Assembly (NCBI GenBank): GCA_037133055.1
Contig: JBAXOY010000057.1
Coordinates: 1-18,879, forward strand
Reading direction: 5' to 3'
DNA: 18,879 bases
Origin: Chlamydiota bacterium
GTDB lineage: Bacteria > Auribacterota > Tritonobacteria > UBA1439
Positions 15,511 to 18,879 of this stretch are shown piece by piece. The position numbers and the translations under genes were made by a program. The notes under the pieces were generated by a model, which worked only from the letters and a program-made list of their open reading frames with translations, was not told where the DNA came from and searched no databases. Positions within the stretch are counted from its first letter, which is position 1; each line of letters starts with the position of its first letter.

Positions 15511-17475
15511 GTGCCCGCAGCACTCGCGATCGTTATCGCCGCGCTCGTAGTGTGTATCCCGGCGCCGGCCCCCGCCGCCGCCCCGGTTCCTGCCGACACC
15601 CCCGCTGCCGCTCCCACGCCGCAGCCGGGCTGCCGCATCGACCTCGATACGTTCACCGTGGACGGCGCGGGGCTCCTCTCGACGCCCGACGAGGTGCGCG
15701 CCCTGCTCGGCGCCCCCGATGAAGAGCAGCAGCTCTCTGCCATCGTGGAGGAGTCCGAGAAGGAAAAGGAGCGGGGCCAGGGGGATGCGGACGACGAAGC
15801 CCTGGATACCCGGGCACCGGCGAAGCAGCAGGGCAGGTTCATCTACGGCTATTTCACAAAGGGCATCAGGGTTGTCTTCCTCGCGGAGACAAAGCGCATC
15901 GAGTCGATCGATATGTACATCAAGGGGCTGCCCCCGTACGACCGCTTCACGGGCTCCTTCACGCAGCCGTTTTCGACCGACGTCAGGGAAACGGAACTGC
16001 TGAGGCCTCTCGCCCGCCAGATCTACAAGGACGCGCCCAACACCCTCTTCCTCAAGAAGGACGACCGCGCCCCCAATCGCGAAACGGCCCTGCTCGCCTT
16101 CAACGTCGAGGGATGGCTCACCAAGGTGACCTTCGCGTGGGAGGAAAATTACGCCATCGACTTCGACCGGTTCAGCGTGGCGGGCGTGGGCCTGGGCGAC
16201 CCGACCTCGACTATCCTGGAGCGCCTCGGCCCGCCCGACCGCTATGGCGCCCGCGGGAAGGAGCTTATCGGCAAATGGGAGCGGGAGGGGATCAAGGTCT
16301 TTGCGCTCAAGAAAGACGGGCGGATAAGCCGCATCGTGGTCGCGCTCGGCAGGTTTGACGGAGGGTGCGTCCAGCGGTTCTCCCTCACGCAGCGGAAGCC
16401 CGCCTTTCACGACTACCTGAAGGACCGCATATACCAGGAATCGGCCTCGCGGATGTGCGCCTATCGGAAGGGCGAGCCGCAGAGCCCCGAGAAAGCCGTC
16501 CTCAATTTTGACGAAAGCGACCGCCTCAAAACGCTCGCGTTCGACCGCATGCCGAACATCGAAATCAACCTCGAGGATTTTACCATCGGCGGGCTCAGGG
16601 TCGGCGACCCGGCATCGAAGGTGAAACAGCTCCTCGGGCCGGTCGGGAAGTGGCGCCGCGCGGGAAAGTACGTGGTCCTCGGGTATCCAAATTATGGCAT
16701 CCGCGTGCACGTGTCGAAGGCACACGAGATAGAGGGAGGCGAGAAGGGGAAGAGGTTCAACTGGGCCGACATGGGCGAGGTGAAGAAGGTGGATGCGCCG
16801 CTCAACACCTCTGCGGGCCTGTACGGGAACCCGTTCTCGCTCGGCGCGGTGATGAAGACGTGGGAGAAAGAGGCGTCTCCCCTGATCTTCAACAAAAAAA
16901 ATGACACGCTCTACCTCAGCCCGGACGGCAAGCCGCCTTCGCCCGGCGTCGCCGCGCTCGTCGAGTTCGAAAGGGTAGGATGGCCGAAGGCCGTCACGCT
17001 GAGGGAGTTCCGCGACATCGTGGTCGACATGAAGAAGTTCTCGGCGGCCGGCATCACGATCGGGACGCACGCCGACGAGGTCATCCGGGTGCTCGGCAAG
17101 CCCGACAGGGGCCGCGTGATCGAGAGGGACAACTTCGAGGTGATGCGCTATATCGAGAAGGGGATCACCGTGGTGCTGGACCGGCTGAACCGGAGCGTGT
17201 GCAAGATCACCCTTTACATGGACCGGTTCGAGGGGTCGTTCGCCCAGGACCTTACCCCCGATTCGAACGCGGACGACTTTGAGAAGGCGACGCATGCCCA
17301 GGTCTATACGCAGGACGAGAAGAGGATCTGCCTGAGCCGCGACGGGGCGCCCCCGACATGGGAGGAGGGCATTATCAACTTCGGCCTCTCAGGGGAGGTG
17401 GACACGATCATCTTCCAGACACTCGCCGTCAAGAAGGAGGGGATTCTCCTTGACATTACCAGGGAGCTCGAATGA
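15511..17475 (+). CDS. Hypothetical secreted protein with four ~135-175 aa internal repeats
   Basis: GTG after AAGGAGG, hydrophobic signal, Pro/Ala linker; repeats begin IDLDTFTVDG, IDFDRFSVAG, INLEDFTIGG and VDMKKFSAAG, each followed by a [VI]...LG.P-like motif. Confidence 0.85.
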   Translation: MPAALAIVIAALVVCIPAPAPAAAPVPADTPAAAPTPQPGCRIDLDTFTVDGAGLLSTPDEVRALLGAPDEEQQLSAIVEESEKEKERGQGDADDEALDTRAPAKQQGRFIYGYFTKGIRVVFLAETKRIESIDMYIKGLPPYDRFTGSFTQPFSTDVRETELLRPLARQIYKDAPNTLFLKKDDRAPNRETALLAFNVEGWLTKVTFAWEENYAIDFDRFSVAGVGLGDPTSTILERLGPPDRYGARGKELIGKWEREGIKVFALKKDGRISRIVVALGRFDGGCVQRFSLTQRKPAFHDYLKDRIYQESASRMCAYRKGEPQSPEKAVLNFDESDRLKTLAFDRMPNIEINLEDFTIGGLRVGDPASKVKQLLGPVGKWRRAGKYVVLGYPNYGIRVHVSKAHEIEGGEKGKRFNWADMGEVKKVDAPLNTSAGLYGNPFSLGAVMKTWEKEASPLIFNKKNDTLYLSPDGKPPSPGVAALVEFERVGWPKAVTLREFRDIVVDMKKFSAAGITIGTHADEVIRVLGKPDRGRVIERDNFEVMRYIEKGITVVLDRLNRSVCKITLYMDRFEGSFAQDLTPDSNADDFEKATHAQVYTQDEKRICLSRDGAPPTWEEGIINFGLSGEVDTIIFQTLAVKKEGILLDITRELE

Positions 17476-17541
17476 GAATGTACCCCGCGCGACAGACTAG
17501 TCCCGCGTGCGAAAAGCGAGATTCACGGTAAAGGCGCAAGA

Positions 17542-17619
17542 CCTGCCAACCGGCAGGGATGCGAGGATGACATCGGGCGGTTTGAACTGTTTGAACCGAT
17601 TGAACCGCTTAAACGGTTC
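17542..17619. repeat. Hairpin CCTGCC-AACC-GGCAGG followed by a 9-mer array (TTTGAACCG-like x4)
   Basis: Hairpin at 17542-17557; TTTGAACTG TTTGAACCG ATTGAACCG CTTAAACGG at 17581-17616; GAACCG-N6-CGGTTC dyad at 17602-17619. Confidence 0.8.
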
Positions 17620-17639
17620 TCTCAACAGGGAGGTTTGAA

Positions 17640-17786
17640 ATGGCAGAGGGCTATTGCGTGAAGTGCAAGGGCAAGAAGGAGATGGTCGGCCCGGAGGACG
17701 TCACCCTGAAGAACGGCAAAAAGGCGATCAAGGGGAAGTGCCCCGACTGCGGCACGGGCATGTTCAAGATAACGGGCAAGGCATGA
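17640..17786 (+). CDS. 48-aa basic zinc-ribbon protein (DUF5679-like); absent from the ORF track
   Basis: Manual translation MAEGYCVKCKGKKEMVGPEDVTLKNGKKAIKGKCPDCGTGMFKITGKA*, with two CxxC pairs; GGGAGG SD site at 17628-17633. Confidence 0.88.
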   Translation: MAEGYCVKCKGKKEMVGPEDVTLKNGKKAIKGKCPDCGTGMFKITGKA

Positions 17787-17791
17787 TCTCC

Positions 17792-17817
17792 CGGGGCGGT
17801 CGGCGCGTCCCGCCCCG
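17792..17817. other. GC-rich stem-loop just after the zinc-ribbon gene
   Basis: CGGGGCGG-N10-CCGCCCCG; there is no U-tract, so it is not called a terminator. Confidence 0.45.
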
Positions 17818-17831
17818 TGCCCTGCGAAGCC

Positions 17832-17867
17832 GGAACAAGCAGAGTGAGCACTCATTCTGCTTGTTCC
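17832..17867. repeat. 17-bp inverted repeat (REP-like hairpin)
   Basis: GGAACAAGCAGAGTGAG-CA-CTCATTCTGCTTGTTCC, with 16 Watson-Crick pairs and one G:T pair. Confidence 0.85.
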
Positions 17868-17918
17868 ATCTAGGGGGGCGCCGGAACCGTCCGGCCGCTT
17901 CCTGCCAAGGGGTCGCGT

Positions 17919-18879
17919 ATGCCTGAAGAGCTCTGTTTCGTCGCGGTCAACCCGTACACCATACGGAAGTCGCGCACCGGCGGCATCATCGGCCGGCTCC
18001 TGTCGCGCTCAACCCTCGAGCTCGTCGCCGCGCGGATGTACGCCCCCTCGCCCGAACTGGTCGCCGACTACCTCGACACCATCCCGGTCGGCAGAAAAGA
18101 GCCGGACCGACAGGTGCGGACCCTCATCAAGAACTATATCCGGCAGAACTACGCGCCCGGCGAGCGCGGCCACCGGCGCCGGGTGATGTTCCTTCTCTTC
18201 AAGGGGCGAAACGCGTGCCACGAGCTCACCGACGTCGTGGGGCACATCACCCGGAGCAGCCTTTCCGGCGAGTGCATCAGGGACACCTACGGCGACTGCA
18301 TCAAGGATCAGCGCGGCATGGTGAAATATTTCGAGCCTGCCGTCCTCGTCATCCCCGACGGGGAGGATGCCGGGCCGGCCCTGCGGGTGTGGGCGAACTA
18401 CGCGGCGCGTGACGGCGGCCTTTTGAAAAACGTGATCCCCTGGCCGAAGGGGGAGAAGCCCGAGGAGACCACGGTGCTCATCAAACCGGACATCTTCAGC
18501 TCCCGGAGCATCCGCGCGGGCAACGTCATCGACATCTTTTCGAAGGCCGACCTCTACATCATCGCAGTGAAGGTGCTCCGGATGAGCGTCGCGCAGGCGG
18601 AGGAGTTCTACGGGCCTGTCAGGGATTCGCTGGCCGAGAAGCTCAAGGGCCCGGTCACCTCTCGGGCGCGGATCGCCTTCGAGAAGGAGTTCGGCTTCCC
18701 GATCCCGGACGACGCCGCGCGCGGCATAGGGGAGCGGCTGAACCGCCTCGTCGCCGGGGACCAGTTCAACCAGATCGTGAAGTTCATGACGGGACGGGAC
18801 GCGGCTGCGACCTCCCCCGCGGAGCGCGAGGCTCCCGGGCTCGTGCCGTGCCTCGCCCTCGTCTACCAGGGGGTGGACG
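17919..18879 (+). CDS. Long nucleoside-diphosphate kinase-like protein with tandem NDK-like domains; 3'-truncated by the window edge and absent from the ORF track
   Basis: Open frame from ATG 17919: MPEELCFVAVNPYTIRKSRTGGIIGRLLSR..LELVAARM...GECIRDTYG, then ETTVLIKPD...GNVIDIFS...IIAVKVLRMSVAQAEEFY...QIVKFMTG...CLALVYQG. Confidence 0.8.
   Translation, partial: MPEELCFVAVNPYTIRKSRTGGIIGRLLSRSTLELVAARMYAPSPELVADYLDTIPVGRKEPDRQVRTLIKNYIRQNYAPGERGHRRRVMFLLFKGRNACHELTDVVGHITRSSLSGECIRDTYGDCIKDQRGMVKYFEPAVLVIPDGEDAGPALRVWANYAARDGGLLKNVIPWPKGEKPEETTVLIKPDIFSSRSIRAGNVIDIFSKADLYIIAVKVLRMSVAQAEEFYGPVRDSLAEKLKGPVTSRARIAFEKEFGFPIPDDAARGIGERLNRLVAGDQFNQIVKFMTGRDAAATSPAEREAPGLVPCLALVYQGVD

Noticed and set aside
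15433..17295. 620-aa minus-strand ORF
   Set aside because: Antisense to the + strand gene, which has an SD site, a signal peptide and internal repeats.
17792..17867. Intrinsic terminators
   Set aside because: Neither hairpin is followed by a U-rich tract on either strand.
17622..17926. Three ORF-track ORFs over the zinc-ribbon region
   Set aside because: Wrong frame or strand; the 17640-17786 frame has the SD site and the CxxC pairs.

Overview
GC-rich bacterial chromosomal segment. All credible genes are on the + strand: EF-G paralogue (EF-G2-like), PflX-like radical SAM, yebC-ruvC-ruvA-ruvB-queA, a secreted ComEC/Rec2-type MBL-fold hydrolase, tgt-yajC, an HD-domain protein, fused secDF, a GT9 glycosyltransferase, a VanZ-like membrane protein, a 654-aa secreted four-repeat protein, a 48-aa zinc-ribbon protein and a long tandem-domain NDK-like gene running off the right edge. 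The last two are absent from the ORF track. The unusual signal is at DNA level. Several families of short-period tandem arrays (7, 8, 9 and 10 bp units) sit at gene junctions or inside permissive protein loops and tails, and most have dyad symmetry. They include two heptamer-built palindromes, inverted AAATCCC/GGGATTT arrays bracketing the MBL gene that separates queA from tgt, and a ~390-bp gene-free block of three inverted ~30-bp repeat pairs. Small GC hairpins and a 17-bp REP-like hairpin accompany them. No transposase, recombinase, cas or RNA gene is visible, so the mechanism behind the arrays is inferred, not shown.
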